Of a DNA stretch of 30,676 nt, positions 1 through 7,569 are shown piece by piece. The DNA lies in assembly GCA_001805765.1 (NCBI GenBank), contig MHGW01000042.1, positions 1 through 30,676 of the forward strand, written 5' to 3'. The translations under genes and the position numbers were made by a program. This DNA comes from Omnitrophica WOR_2 bacterium RIFCSPLOWO2_01_FULL_41_12 (lineage in GTDB: Bacteria > Omnitrophota > Gorgyraeia > Gygaellales > Profunditerraquicolaceae). The notes below the pieces were generated by a model. It worked only from the letters and a program-made list of their open reading frames with translations, was not told where the DNA came from and did not search any database. Within the stretch, counting starts at the first letter, position 1. Each line of letters starts with the position of its first letter.

Positions 1-21
1 GTTCGAATCCCTCCCTACCCA
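1..21 (+). tRNA. 3' fragment of a tRNA cut by the window start; possibly tRNA-Tyr
   Basis: T-loop TTCGAAT (2-8), T-stem 3' arm CCCTC (9-13), acceptor 3' arm CCTACCC (14-20), discriminator A21. The anticodon is outside the window. Tyr is only a guess from the common Tyr-Gly(UCC) tRNA order. Confidence 0.75.
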
Positions 22-55
22 TTTTCGCCTTAAATTAAATTGTCTGCGAAAATGG
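19..55. repeat. 10-bp perfect inverted repeat overlapping the 3' end of the partial tRNA
   Basis: CCATTTTCGC (19-28) and GCGAAAATGG (46-55) are exact reverse complements, with a 17-nt loop. Confidence 0.6.
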
Positions 56-89
56 TCCTAAGGAGCGAACGAAGTGAGCGACGAAGGAC
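55..89. repeat. Small REP-like element in the tRNA spacer
   Basis: GTCCT (55-59) and AGGAC (85-89) form inverted ends around an imperfect tandem repeat, GAGCGAACGAAG (63-74) and GAGCGACGAAG (76-86). Confidence 0.4.
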
Positions 90-105
90 ATATATTAAAG
101 ATGAC

Positions 106-176
106 GCGGGTGTAGTTCAATGGCAGAACAATAGCCTTCCAAGCTATATATGTCGGTTCGATTCCGATCACCCGCT
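106..176 (+). tRNA. tRNA-Gly (anticodon UCC)
   Basis: Full cloverleaf: acceptor GCGGGTG/CACCCGC, anticodon stem ATAGC/GCTAT with loop CTTCCAA (TCC at 138-140), T-loop TTCGATT, discriminator T176. CCA is not encoded. Confidence 0.96.
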
Positions 177-204
177 TAGTTTTGCGACGATAGGAGCAAA
201 AATA

Positions 205-220
205 TCCCGCCATAGCGGGA
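205..220. repeat. Short GC-rich hairpin (ATCCCG-type REP-like)
   Basis: TCCCGC-CATA-GCGGGA. Similar ATCCCG...CGGG(A/G)T hairpins occur at 2623-2640 and 3057-3083. Confidence 0.55.
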
Positions 221-228
221 CCAGAAAT

Positions 229-987
229 ATGCCTGAAAAAGAATTTTTAGAACCGATTTTTATTGATGCCTTTGATTTGGATGACGCTTGGTTTCAGTCT
301 CTTAGCTCAATTCTGGAAAAAGGCCATGTCTATACTATCACCCGGGGAAGTTATGAAGGCCAAAAGCGCCTGGAATTTGATTTTGTGGTAGTCAGGGTAA
401 AAAAGCCCGGCCATCAGATTATCCCCCTAATTCCAGAAGGGATGAGCATACCCGCGCCCACAGATATGGACTACATACAGGGCTATTTGAATTATCTGCT
501 TACCGGCACAAAAACAGAGACTGAGGATTACACTTATGGGGAAAGGTTGGTTGAGCCAAAGGCGAGGGTAAAAGAAAATATTAACGGAAAAGAAATGGTC
601 AAAGAAATGCCTTTAAATACCAATCAGATAGAGGAAGTAATTAAGATTTATAAAGAAAAGGGTTTTGGTACAAACCAGGCAATAATGGAAATAGGCATGC
701 CTTCGGATATTAAATTAGCTGACCCGCCGTGCCTACGAATTATTGATACCCGGGTGCGTTATGGTAAATTGCATTTTATTTTATATTTTCGTTCCTGGGA
801 TTTATGGGGCGGGTTTCCTTCTAATTTAGGGGGGCTACAACTGGTAAAACAGTATATGGCGCAAGAGATTGGCGTAGAAGACGGAGAGATCATCGCTACC
901 AGCAAGGGGCTGCATTTATATGAATATAGCTGGGAATTAGCCAAAATCAGAACCAATAAACCCCGCCCCTCCTCATTAAAAAGTTAA
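229..987 (+). CDS. thyA: Thymidylate synthase, archaeal/methanogen-like ThyA type
   Basis: Catalytic PPCL motif, then YFRSWDLWGGFPSN and GLHLY. Start moved to ATG229 (MPEKEF) because the longer ORF from 40 runs through tRNA-Gly. Confidence 0.85.
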   Translation: MPEKEFLEPIFIDAFDLDDAWFQSLSSILEKGHVYTITRGSYEGQKRLEFDFVVVRVKKPGHQIIPLIPEGMSIPAPTDMDYIQGYLNYLLTGTKTETEDYTYGERLVEPKARVKENINGKEMVKEMPLNTNQIEEVIKIYKEKGFGTNQAIMEIGMPSDIKLADPPCLRIIDTRVRYGKLHFILYFRSWDLWGGFPSNLGGLQLVKQYMAQEIGVEDGEIIATSKGLHLYEYSWELAKIRTNKPRPSSLKS

Positions 988-1009
988 ATTAGTTAAGAAA
1001 GGGCGGGGT
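960..1009. repeat. GC-rich inverted repeat straddling the thyA stop
   Basis: ACCCCGCCC (960-968) and GGGCGGGGT (1001-1009) form 9 bp with a 32-nt AT-rich loop. There is no U-tract. Confidence 0.5.
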
Positions 1010-1020
1010 CTGCAGATAAA

Positions 1021-1527
1021 ATGAAAGAAAAAAAATATAAAGGCCGGGAACGCCGGCAATTTGTGAGATTAGACTATGTAACCCCGCTGGACTATAAAGT
1101 CTGTAAGAAAAAAACTATCTCTAAATTGCTTCAGGGATATACTGCCAATGTCAGTGAATCTGGTTTATTGTGTAATATAAAAGATAAAGTAAAGAAAGGC
1201 GATATCTTATGGCTTTCTTTTGATAGGGGTACGCTGTCTTTTTGCGAGGGACTGGATAAAAAAAGCCTGATTTATCAAAATGGGATAATCGGCAAAGTGG
1301 CCAGGATAGAGCAGAAAAAAAACTCTTTTGATATCGGTATCTACTTTATTGACCGGGAAGAAAAAAACTCAACCCATATCTACCCCAAGATACACTTTCT
1401 TAAATACCAGAAGCAGGACGTAGATTACGCAGCCGAAGAGAAAGAATTAGAAATAGAAGCGCCTTTAGAACGAGAACGCCAAGAAGAGCGGGAAGAAGAG
1501 CAAATTGAAGAAAATGAGGAAAATTAA
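1021..1527 (+). CDS. PilZ domain protein with acidic C-terminal tail
   Basis: RRQFVR (RxxxR) and NVSESG (D/NxSxxG) c-di-GMP-binding motifs, followed by a Glu-rich tail. Confidence 0.8.
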   Translation: MKEKKYKGRERRQFVRLDYVTPLDYKVCKKKTISKLLQGYTANVSESGLLCNIKDKVKKGDILWLSFDRGTLSFCEGLDKKSLIYQNGIIGKVARIEQKKNSFDIGIYFIDREEKNSTHIYPKIHFLKYQKQDVDYAAEEKELEIEAPLERERQEEREEEQIEENEEN

Positions 1528-2515
1528 TATCTCGATTTTAGGTGACGGTGGTTGGGGAACTACCTTAGCGATTTTATTACAGCGTAAAGGTTTTAACGTG
1601 ACCCTCTGGGGAGCATTTGCGGATTATGTTGTATTGCTCAATAAGAAAAGGATAAACACAAAATTTCTACCCGGCATCAAAATTCCCAGACAAATAGAAA
1701 TTACCCATGACTTAAAGAGCGCCTTTAGAGATAAACAATTAATAATTTTTGCCATACCCTCGCAGTATCTGCGCGGGATTCTGAAGAAAAGCGAAAAATT
1801 TAATAGTTGTGCTGACGAAACAGTCTATTTAAGCGTGGTGAAAGGCATAGAAATAGGGACATTAAAAAGGATGTCTGAGGTAATCTATGAGGAGTTGGGC
1901 AGGATAAAACTAGCAGTGCTTTCCGGGCCAACTATTGCTCATGAGATAGCTAAAAATATACCCAGCGCAGCAGTGATTGCCGGTCATGATAAAAATCTGA
2001 GGAAATATCTGCAAGGAATTTTTATGACCGAAAGATTCAGGATTTATACTAATGACGATGTGATTGGCGTGGAATTAGGAGGGAGTTTTAAAAATATCAT
2101 TGCCATTGCCTGCGGTATATCGGATGGCTTAGGGTTTGGCACAAATACTAAGGCCGCGCTTTTAGCGCGGGGTTTAGCAGAAATTTCCCGGCTCGGCCTA
2201 GCTATGGGCGCCAAAGCCTGCACCTTTAGCGGCATCAGCGGGTTAGGCGATTTGGTCACTACCTGTATCAGCCCATATAGCCGAAATAGATTTGTCGGCG
2301 AGCAAATCGGTAAAGGCAGGACGCTTAAACAAATACAAGGCCGGATGCAAATGGTGGCCGAAGGTATACCGACCACTAAATCCACCTATGTATTAAGTTT
2401 AAAATATAAAGTAGATATGCCCATTACCAGAGAAATTTTCGCGGTTCTTTATAAAAATAAATCCCCTTTTAAGGCAGTCAGGGATTTAATGGCCAGAGAG
2501 AAGAAAGAAGAATAA
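1514..2515 (+). CDS. gpsA: NAD(P)H-dependent glycerol-3-phosphate dehydrogenase
   Basis: Rossmann motif GDGGWGT, LSGPT, VELGGSFKNIIAI, GLGDLVTTC, SRN and VAEG. ATG1514 preferred over TTG1505. Confidence 0.95.
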   Translation: MRKINISILGDGGWGTTLAILLQRKGFNVTLWGAFADYVVLLNKKRINTKFLPGIKIPRQIEITHDLKSAFRDKQLIIFAIPSQYLRGILKKSEKFNSCADETVYLSVVKGIEIGTLKRMSEVIYEELGRIKLAVLSGPTIAHEIAKNIPSAAVIAGHDKNLRKYLQGIFMTERFRIYTNDDVIGVELGGSFKNIIAIACGISDGLGFGTNTKAALLARGLAEISRLGLAMGAKACTFSGISGLGDLVTTCISPYSRNRFVGEQIGKGRTLKQIQGRMQMVAEGIPTTKSTYVLSLKYKVDMPITREIFAVLYKNKSPFKAVRDLMAREKKEE

Positions 2516-2519
2516 AGTT

Positions 2520-2594
2520 CGGGGCGTGGCTCAGTTTGGCTAGAGCGCTTGAATGGGGTTCAAGAGGTCGACAGTTCAAGTCTGTCCGCCCCGA
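2520..2594 (+). tRNA. tRNA-Pro (anticodon GGG)
   Basis: Acceptor CGGGGCG/CGCCCCG, anticodon stem CTTGA/TCAAG with loop ATGGGGT (GGG at 2555-2557), T-arm GACAG-TTCAAGT-CTGTC, discriminator A2594. Confidence 0.96.
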
Positions 2595-2606
2595 CTTACT
2601 TAATTC

Positions 2607-2655
2607 GCACAATAACTTACTCATCCCGAAGGTTCGGGATTCGTAAGTTATGTGC
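2607..2655. repeat. Long compound hairpin between tRNA-Pro and the PilZ gene
   Basis: GCAC/GTGC, ATAACTTAC/GTAAGTTAT (9 bp) and inner ATCCCGAA/TTCGGGAT, separated by a 1-nt bulge and a 2x2 loop. No U-tract follows. Confidence 0.7.
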
Positions 2656-2673
2656 TCATTAAAGGAGGTAAGA

Positions 2674-3027
2674 ATGGCATACGCAGGACCGGATAGAAGA
2701 AAAAGTCCCCGCATCAGTGCTCGGTTTATAGTTTCCTACCGCATCATGGACGAGGTAGACAACGTAGATATCTCGCAGACCAAGAATATGAGCATGGGAG
2801 GGATGCTGATTACTACGAATAAAAAATTTGACTCGGGCACAAATTTAGCCTTGGAGATCAGATTGCCTTTTGACCCGCATCCCATTATAATGGTCGGAAA
2901 AGTCATAGATTCGCGTGAAATTACCAAAGGATTAATCTATGATACCAGGCTTGAATTTTTGGCGGTGGATGAAAAACACAGAAAGTTAATCGGTCAGACC
3001 GTAGAGTATTATTTAAACAAGAGTTAA
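2674..3027 (+). CDS. Stand-alone PilZ domain protein
   Basis: RRKSPR and NMSMGG motifs. Strong SD AAGGAGG (2662-2668) before ATG2674. Confidence 0.88.
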   Translation: MAYAGPDRRKSPRISARFIVSYRIMDEVDNVDISQTKNMSMGGMLITTNKKFDSGTNLALEIRLPFDPHPIIMVGKVIDSREITKGLIYDTRLEFLAVDEKHRKLIGQTVEYYLNKS

Positions 3028-3055
3028 TTTTAAATAGCTGCTTAATAAAAAGAGG

Positions 3056-3107
3056 CATCCCGCACCTTTCTGTAGTGCGGGGTGAATAAAGGAGAATGTG
3101 CGGGATG
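3056..3107 (+). promoter_or_regulatory. Alternative hairpins over the hom RBS/start (putative cis-regulatory or REP-like element)
   Basis: CATCCCGCAC (3056-3065) can pair with GTGCGGGGTG (3075-3084, one G-U) or with GTGCGGGATG (3098-3107, perfect, includes ATG3105). Confidence 0.45.
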
Positions 3108-4400
3108 AAAAAAATCAATGTGGGATTGATTGGATTTGGCCATGTCGGCCTTGGAGTGGTAAAGATATTGCGCGATAAAAAAACCTTCCTCGCGCAAAAA
3201 TTAGGGTTAGAGATAAATATCAAGAAGATTTGCGATAAGGATATTGTTTCTAAGAGAAATATTAATGTGGATAGGAATCTTCTGACGCGCGAGGCAAAAG
3301 AAATCATCAATGACCCTCAGGTAGATATTGTAGTGGAATTAATCGGCGGTATTCATCCGGCCAAGGAATTCATAATAGAGGCATTAAAGAAGGGTAAGAG
3401 TGTGGTTACGGCAAACAAGGCACTTTTAGCGCAGGAAGGAAAGGAACTGTTCGCCTTAGCAGCCGACCGCCAAAAGAGCATTTATTATGAGGCATCCGTG
3501 GGCGCAGGCATTCCCATCATAAAATCCCTGCGCGAAGGACTGGTGGCTAATAAATTTAACGGCATATTTGGCATTGTCAATGGCACTTCTAATTTTATAC
3601 TTTCTAAGATGTCTGATGAAAACCTGGCCTTTAATGCCGCGCTTAAAGAAGCAAAGATAAAGGGATTTGCCGAAAAAGACCCCACTTTAGATATTGAAGG
3701 CATAGATTCCGCGCATAAGTTGATACTACTTACTTATCTTTGTTTCGGCAGGTTAGTGAATGTAGGGGATATATTTGTGGAAGGTATTTCCCGTATTTCT
3801 CTTTCGGATATTAATTACGCCAAGGAAATGGGATGGCAGATAAAATTATTAGCCATTGCTAAAAAAGACGCAGATGAATTAGAGGTAAGGGTGCACCCTA
3901 CCCTTATTCCGAAGTCGCATTTATTGTCTTCGGTATCAGGAATATTTAATGCCATATATGTTTCTAGCGACCTAGCCGGCCAGTTGCTCTTTTACGGCCC
4001 GGGCGCCGGGCAGATGTCTGCGGCCTCAGCAGTAGTAGCGGATTTGGTGGATTTAGTCCAGGATATTAAGGCCGGGCTTTTTAGGCCGACATTAAATACT
4101 GTTCTAGATAAGTCCATAAAGAAGTTGCGCAAGATAGACGACATTGAGAGCAGGTATTATATCCGTTTTATGGCCAAGGATCAGCCGGGTGTGTTGGCTA
4201 AAATTTCCGGCATATTAGGTAAATTTGGGATTAGTATTGCTTCGGTCAACCAGAAAGAAAGGCACAAAGCGAAGGAAGTGCCGGTAGTGATGATATTGCA
4301 CGAAGCAAAAGAAAAGAATTTGCGCAGCGCCATTGAGATGATTGACCGTTTAAATATCATCAAGGAAAAGTCAGTGGCCATCAGGATGGAGGAGGTATGA
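3105..4400 (+). CDS. hom: Homoserine dehydrogenase with C-terminal ACT domain
   Basis: GLIGFGHVG, VVTANKAL, YEASVGAGIP, NGTSNFIL, DIEGIDSAHK, GPGAG and an ACT domain (DQPGVLAKI). SD AAAGGAG (3088-3094) fits ATG3105 better than ATG3096. Confidence 0.95.
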   Translation: MKKINVGLIGFGHVGLGVVKILRDKKTFLAQKLGLEINIKKICDKDIVSKRNINVDRNLLTREAKEIINDPQVDIVVELIGGIHPAKEFIIEALKKGKSVVTANKALLAQEGKELFALAADRQKSIYYEASVGAGIPIIKSLREGLVANKFNGIFGIVNGTSNFILSKMSDENLAFNAALKEAKIKGFAEKDPTLDIEGIDSAHKLILLTYLCFGRLVNVGDIFVEGISRISLSDINYAKEMGWQIKLLAIAKKDADELEVRVHPTLIPKSHLLSSVSGIFNAIYVSSDLAGQLLFYGPGAGQMSAASAVVADLVDLVQDIKAGLFRPTLNTVLDKSIKKLRKIDDIESRYYIRFMAKDQPGVLAKISGILGKFGISIASVNQKERHKAKEVPVVMILHEAKEKNLRSAIEMIDRLNIIKEKSVAIRMEEV

Positions 4401-5458
4401 ACTACAGCGGCGTAATTGAGCGCTATAAAAAATATTTACCGGTAACAGCAAAGACGCCGATAATTACTTTAAAAGAAGGAAATACGCCTTTGATATACGC
4501 CCAATATTTGAGTAAAATGATGGGGAAAAATTTTCAAGTTTACTTAAAATATGAAGGATTAAATCCAACCGGTTCATTCAAAGACCGGGGTATGACTGTG
4601 GCAATTTCTAAGGCCTGCGAGAGCAGGGCAAAGGCAGTGATGTGCGCTTCTACCGGAAATACTTCTGCTTCCGCAGCGGCTTACGCAGCTAAGGCAGGAT
4701 TAAAATGTATCGTCCTTATCCCGCACGGTGAAATTGCTTTGGGAAAACTGAGCCAGGCGCTTATCCACGGCGCAACTGTTTTAGCAGTGGATGCAAATTT
4801 TGACGCGGCCTTAAATTTAGTCAAAGAAATTACGGCAAAATACCGCCTCACCTTAGTAAATTCTTTGAATCCTTACCGCATTGAAGGGCAAAAAACCGCC
4901 AGCTTTGAAATCTGCGATGCTTTAGGTAATGCCCCGGATTTTCAGGTCATGCCCGTGGGAAATGCCGGAAATATCACTGCCTATTGGAAGGGTTATAAAG
5001 AATATAAAGGGCATCATAAAATTAACAGGCTACCTAAGATGTTGGGATTTCAGGCCGAGGGTGCAGCGCCTATTGTGAAAGGCCATCCCATCAAGAACCC
5101 AAAGACCATTGCCACCGCTATCCGTATTGGCAATCCAGCGAGTTGGAAACAGGCAGAAAGGGCGCGCGATGAGTCAGGCGGGCTTATTGATATGGTTTCA
5201 GATAAACAGATATTAGAAGCTTATAAACTATTAGCCGCCAAAGAAGGAATATTTGTAGAGCCGGCTTCAGCTGCCTCAGTTGCCGGATTGTTAAAGTTGG
5301 TTAAAAAAGGCTATTTTAAAAAATTACGGATTACGAAAATAGTTTGTATTTTAACTGGCCACGGCTTAAAAGACCCAGATCGGGTCATAAAAACAGTAAA
5401 AGAACCGAAGGTGGTAAAGGCAAATTTGCAGGCAATTTTAAAAGAAATTGGCTACTAG
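4397..5458 (+). CDS. thrC: Threonine synthase
   Basis: PLP-lysine motif NPTGSFKDRG, ASTGNTSAS, PVGNAGN, EPASAA and LTGHGLKD. Confidence 0.96.
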   Translation: MNYSGVIERYKKYLPVTAKTPIITLKEGNTPLIYAQYLSKMMGKNFQVYLKYEGLNPTGSFKDRGMTVAISKACESRAKAVMCASTGNTSASAAAYAAKAGLKCIVLIPHGEIALGKLSQALIHGATVLAVDANFDAALNLVKEITAKYRLTLVNSLNPYRIEGQKTASFEICDALGNAPDFQVMPVGNAGNITAYWKGYKEYKGHHKINRLPKMLGFQAEGAAPIVKGHPIKNPKTIATAIRIGNPASWKQAERARDESGGLIDMVSDKQILEAYKLLAAKEGIFVEPASAASVAGLLKLVKKGYFKKLRITKIVCILTGHGLKDPDRVIKTVKEPKVVKANLQAILKEIGY

Positions 5459-6101
5459 ATTAGCGCAGAAAAGAATTTTAATCACCGCAGGGCCGACGTG
5501 GGTTCCTATAGATACAGTCAGAGTCATCAGTAATATCGCAACCGGTGAAACGGGAATTTTATTGGCAGAGAAACTGCAGGCACAAGGTGCTAAAGTTACT
5601 TTGTTGCTTGGGCCGGTAGAATCCTGTTGTTTAAATAAAAAGATAAAAGTGTTAAGATTTAAGTTTTTTGATGAATTAAGGCGTATCATGGTCAGAGAGT
5701 TAAAAGCCAAAAAATATGATATAGTAATACATTCGGCAGCAGTTTCAGACTACCGGCCGTTAAAGGCTTATTCGCTTAAAGTTAAATCTAGTTTACATGG
5801 TTGGGCACTTAAACTTGTGCCAACGGAAAAAATCATAGATTTGGTCAAAAAAATTGATCATTCTCTATTTTTAGTGGGTTTTAAATTTGAATCATGGCAG
5901 AATCAAAAAATACTCATCGATAAAACAAGGGCGCTGCTCAGGAGGGCAAAACCGGATTTAGTCATTGCCAATACCATTAAGAGAAATAAATATGAGGCTT
6001 ATATTGTTAATCTAAAGGATGTCTTTGGGCCTTTAGAGAATAAAGAAGCGCTCTGCAGAAAATTAATTGCGGTAATGGGAGGATATAGATGGGGCAGCTA
6101 A
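5448..6101 (+). CDS. Stand-alone CoaB-like protein (phosphopantothenate-cysteine ligase domain)
   Basis: ITAGPT..PID.VR.ISN, HSAAVSDY, LVGFKFE and VIAN match the CoaBC C-terminal domain. TTG start is uncertain. Confidence 0.75.
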   Translation: MATRLAQKRILITAGPTWVPIDTVRVISNIATGETGILLAEKLQAQGAKVTLLLGPVESCCLNKKIKVLRFKFFDELRRIMVRELKAKKYDIVIHSAAVSDYRPLKAYSLKVKSSLHGWALKLVPTEKIIDLVKKIDHSLFLVGFKFESWQNQKILIDKTRALLRRAKPDLVIANTIKRNKYEAYIVNLKDVFGPLENKEALCRKLIAVMGGYRWGS

Positions 6102-6811
6102 AGTTATCTCAGAAAGTAGAAAAGAAGCTCAACGGATTTAATCGGTTAATAAAAGAGGCCTATAAAGAAGGATTGATTTCCGTTATTCTTTATGGAAGCG
6201 CTGCCAGCGGTGAATTTGTAGATACGCATTCTAATCTAAATGTGCTCCTGGTTTTGAAAAATACGGATTTAGAAAACTTAAAAAAGGCTGCTTTCGCCGT
6301 AAATAAATTCCCAATGATTAATCCTTTATTTTTAACTGAAAGTTATATCTTGAGGTCTTTAGATATTTTCCCCATTGAATTTTTAGATATGCAGGAGAAT
6401 TATCAGGTATTGTATGGCCAGGATATTTTAAAAGATATTAATATTGATACCCGTAATTTAAGATTTCAATGCGAACAGGAACTAAAGGTAAAACTGATTA
6501 ATTTAAGGCAGGTTTTTTTAAGGATGTATAAAGATAAGGCGGCATTGTGCAATTTACTATTTAAGTCTTTTACTTCTGTCCTGCATATTTTAAGAAATGT
6601 TTTACGCCTGAAAGGCAAGGCCAGCCCTTATAACAAAGAAGAGATTTTAAAAGCATTGGCTTTAGAATTTCAAATTGATATGAATGTATGGCAAAAAATT
6701 TGGTTAGCAAAGAATAGACAGATAAAATTAAATAATAAAAACGCCAAAGAATTATTTATTAAGTTTGTCAGAGACTTAGAAAGAATAGTGGATATTGTAG
6801 ATAGATTATAA
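6089..6811 (+). CDS. Nucleotidyltransferase-fold protein (pol-beta superfamily-like), probably inactive
   Basis: VILYGSAASGE followed by SNLNV in place of SDhD, then FPIEFLDM and a helical C-terminal half. Sits next to TPM and LemA genes. Confidence 0.65.
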   Translation: MGQLKLSQKVEKKLNGFNRLIKEAYKEGLISVILYGSAASGEFVDTHSNLNVLLVLKNTDLENLKKAAFAVNKFPMINPLFLTESYILRSLDIFPIEFLDMQENYQVLYGQDILKDINIDTRNLRFQCEQELKVKLINLRQVFLRMYKDKAALCNLLFKSFTSVLHILRNVLRLKGKASPYNKEEILKALALEFQIDMNVWQKIWLAKNRQIKLNNKNAKELFIKFVRDLERIVDIVDRL

Positions 6812-6816
6812 ATTGC

Positions 6817-7557
6817 ATGCGCAAGATATGTATTCTATTTGCTCTTTTGACTTTAACCTTTTTTGTTTATGCGCAAAATATTCCTCAGCCTCAAGGATTC
6901 GTCAATGATTTTGCCGGAGTTATTAGCCAAGAATATCAAGATAAACTGACTGCGCTGATTAGTGAGGTTGAGGAAAAGACTTCGGCTGAAATAGCCGTAG
7001 TTACTATTGGATCTATCGCTCCTTATGATGAAGTAGGGTATGCGCGGCTGCTCTTTGACAATTGGAAACCCGGTAAAAAAAGTAAGGATAACGGCGTACT
7101 GGTGCTTTTAGCCATAAAAGAAAGGCGCTGGCGCATTGAAACCGGCTATGGCGTAGAAGGGATTTTACCCGACGGCCTTTGCGGTGAAATCGGCCGCAAT
7201 TACATGGTGTCTTATTTTAAGGAGGCAAAGTATGCAGAAGGCCTTTATCAAGGTACACTTAAGATCGCTCAAATTATAGCCCAGGATGCAAATGTTGATC
7301 TAATCGCCTTAGAAAATTTTAAAGAACTGTCGTCAGAAAATAGATTGCCTTTAGATTCAATAGCGCCTTTACTTTTTTTATCATTCTTCATAGGATTTAT
7401 AATTTTAGCTCATTATTTATCGTATAGTCGCAGAAGGGATGGCCATTATTATGGCGGATGGGATTATGGTGGTGGGTCTTGGGGCGGCGGAGGATTTGGA
7501 GGTGGAGGTTTTGGTGGCGGCGGAGGCGGGGGCGGAGGCTCAGGAGGAGGATTTTAA
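6817..7557 (+). CDS. TPM domain membrane protein (YgcG/DUF477-like)
   Basis: Signal peptide, VNDFAGVI, DNGVLVL, RIETGYGVEGILPD, one TM helix and a Gly-rich GGGFGGG tail. Confidence 0.92.
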   Translation: MRKICILFALLTLTFFVYAQNIPQPQGFVNDFAGVISQEYQDKLTALISEVEEKTSAEIAVVTIGSIAPYDEVGYARLLFDNWKPGKKSKDNGVLVLLAIKERRWRIETGYGVEGILPDGLCGEIGRNYMVSYFKEAKYAEGLYQGTLKIAQIIAQDANVDLIALENFKELSSENRLPLDSIAPLLFLSFFIGFIILAHYLSYSRRRDGHYYGGWDYGGGSWGGGGFGGGGFGGGGGGGGGSGGGF

Positions 7558-7569
7558 AGGAGGGAAAAG

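Noticed and set aside
40-228. N-terminal extension of the thyA ORF in the ORF track
   Set aside because: It runs through a complete tRNA-Gly and spacer repeats. The thymidylate synthase-like sequence begins at ATG229.
5323-5336. ATTACGG-ATTACGA heptamer doublet in a variable loop of thrC
   Set aside because: It could be the same kind of insertion as in nadC, but two units are too few to separate from chance.
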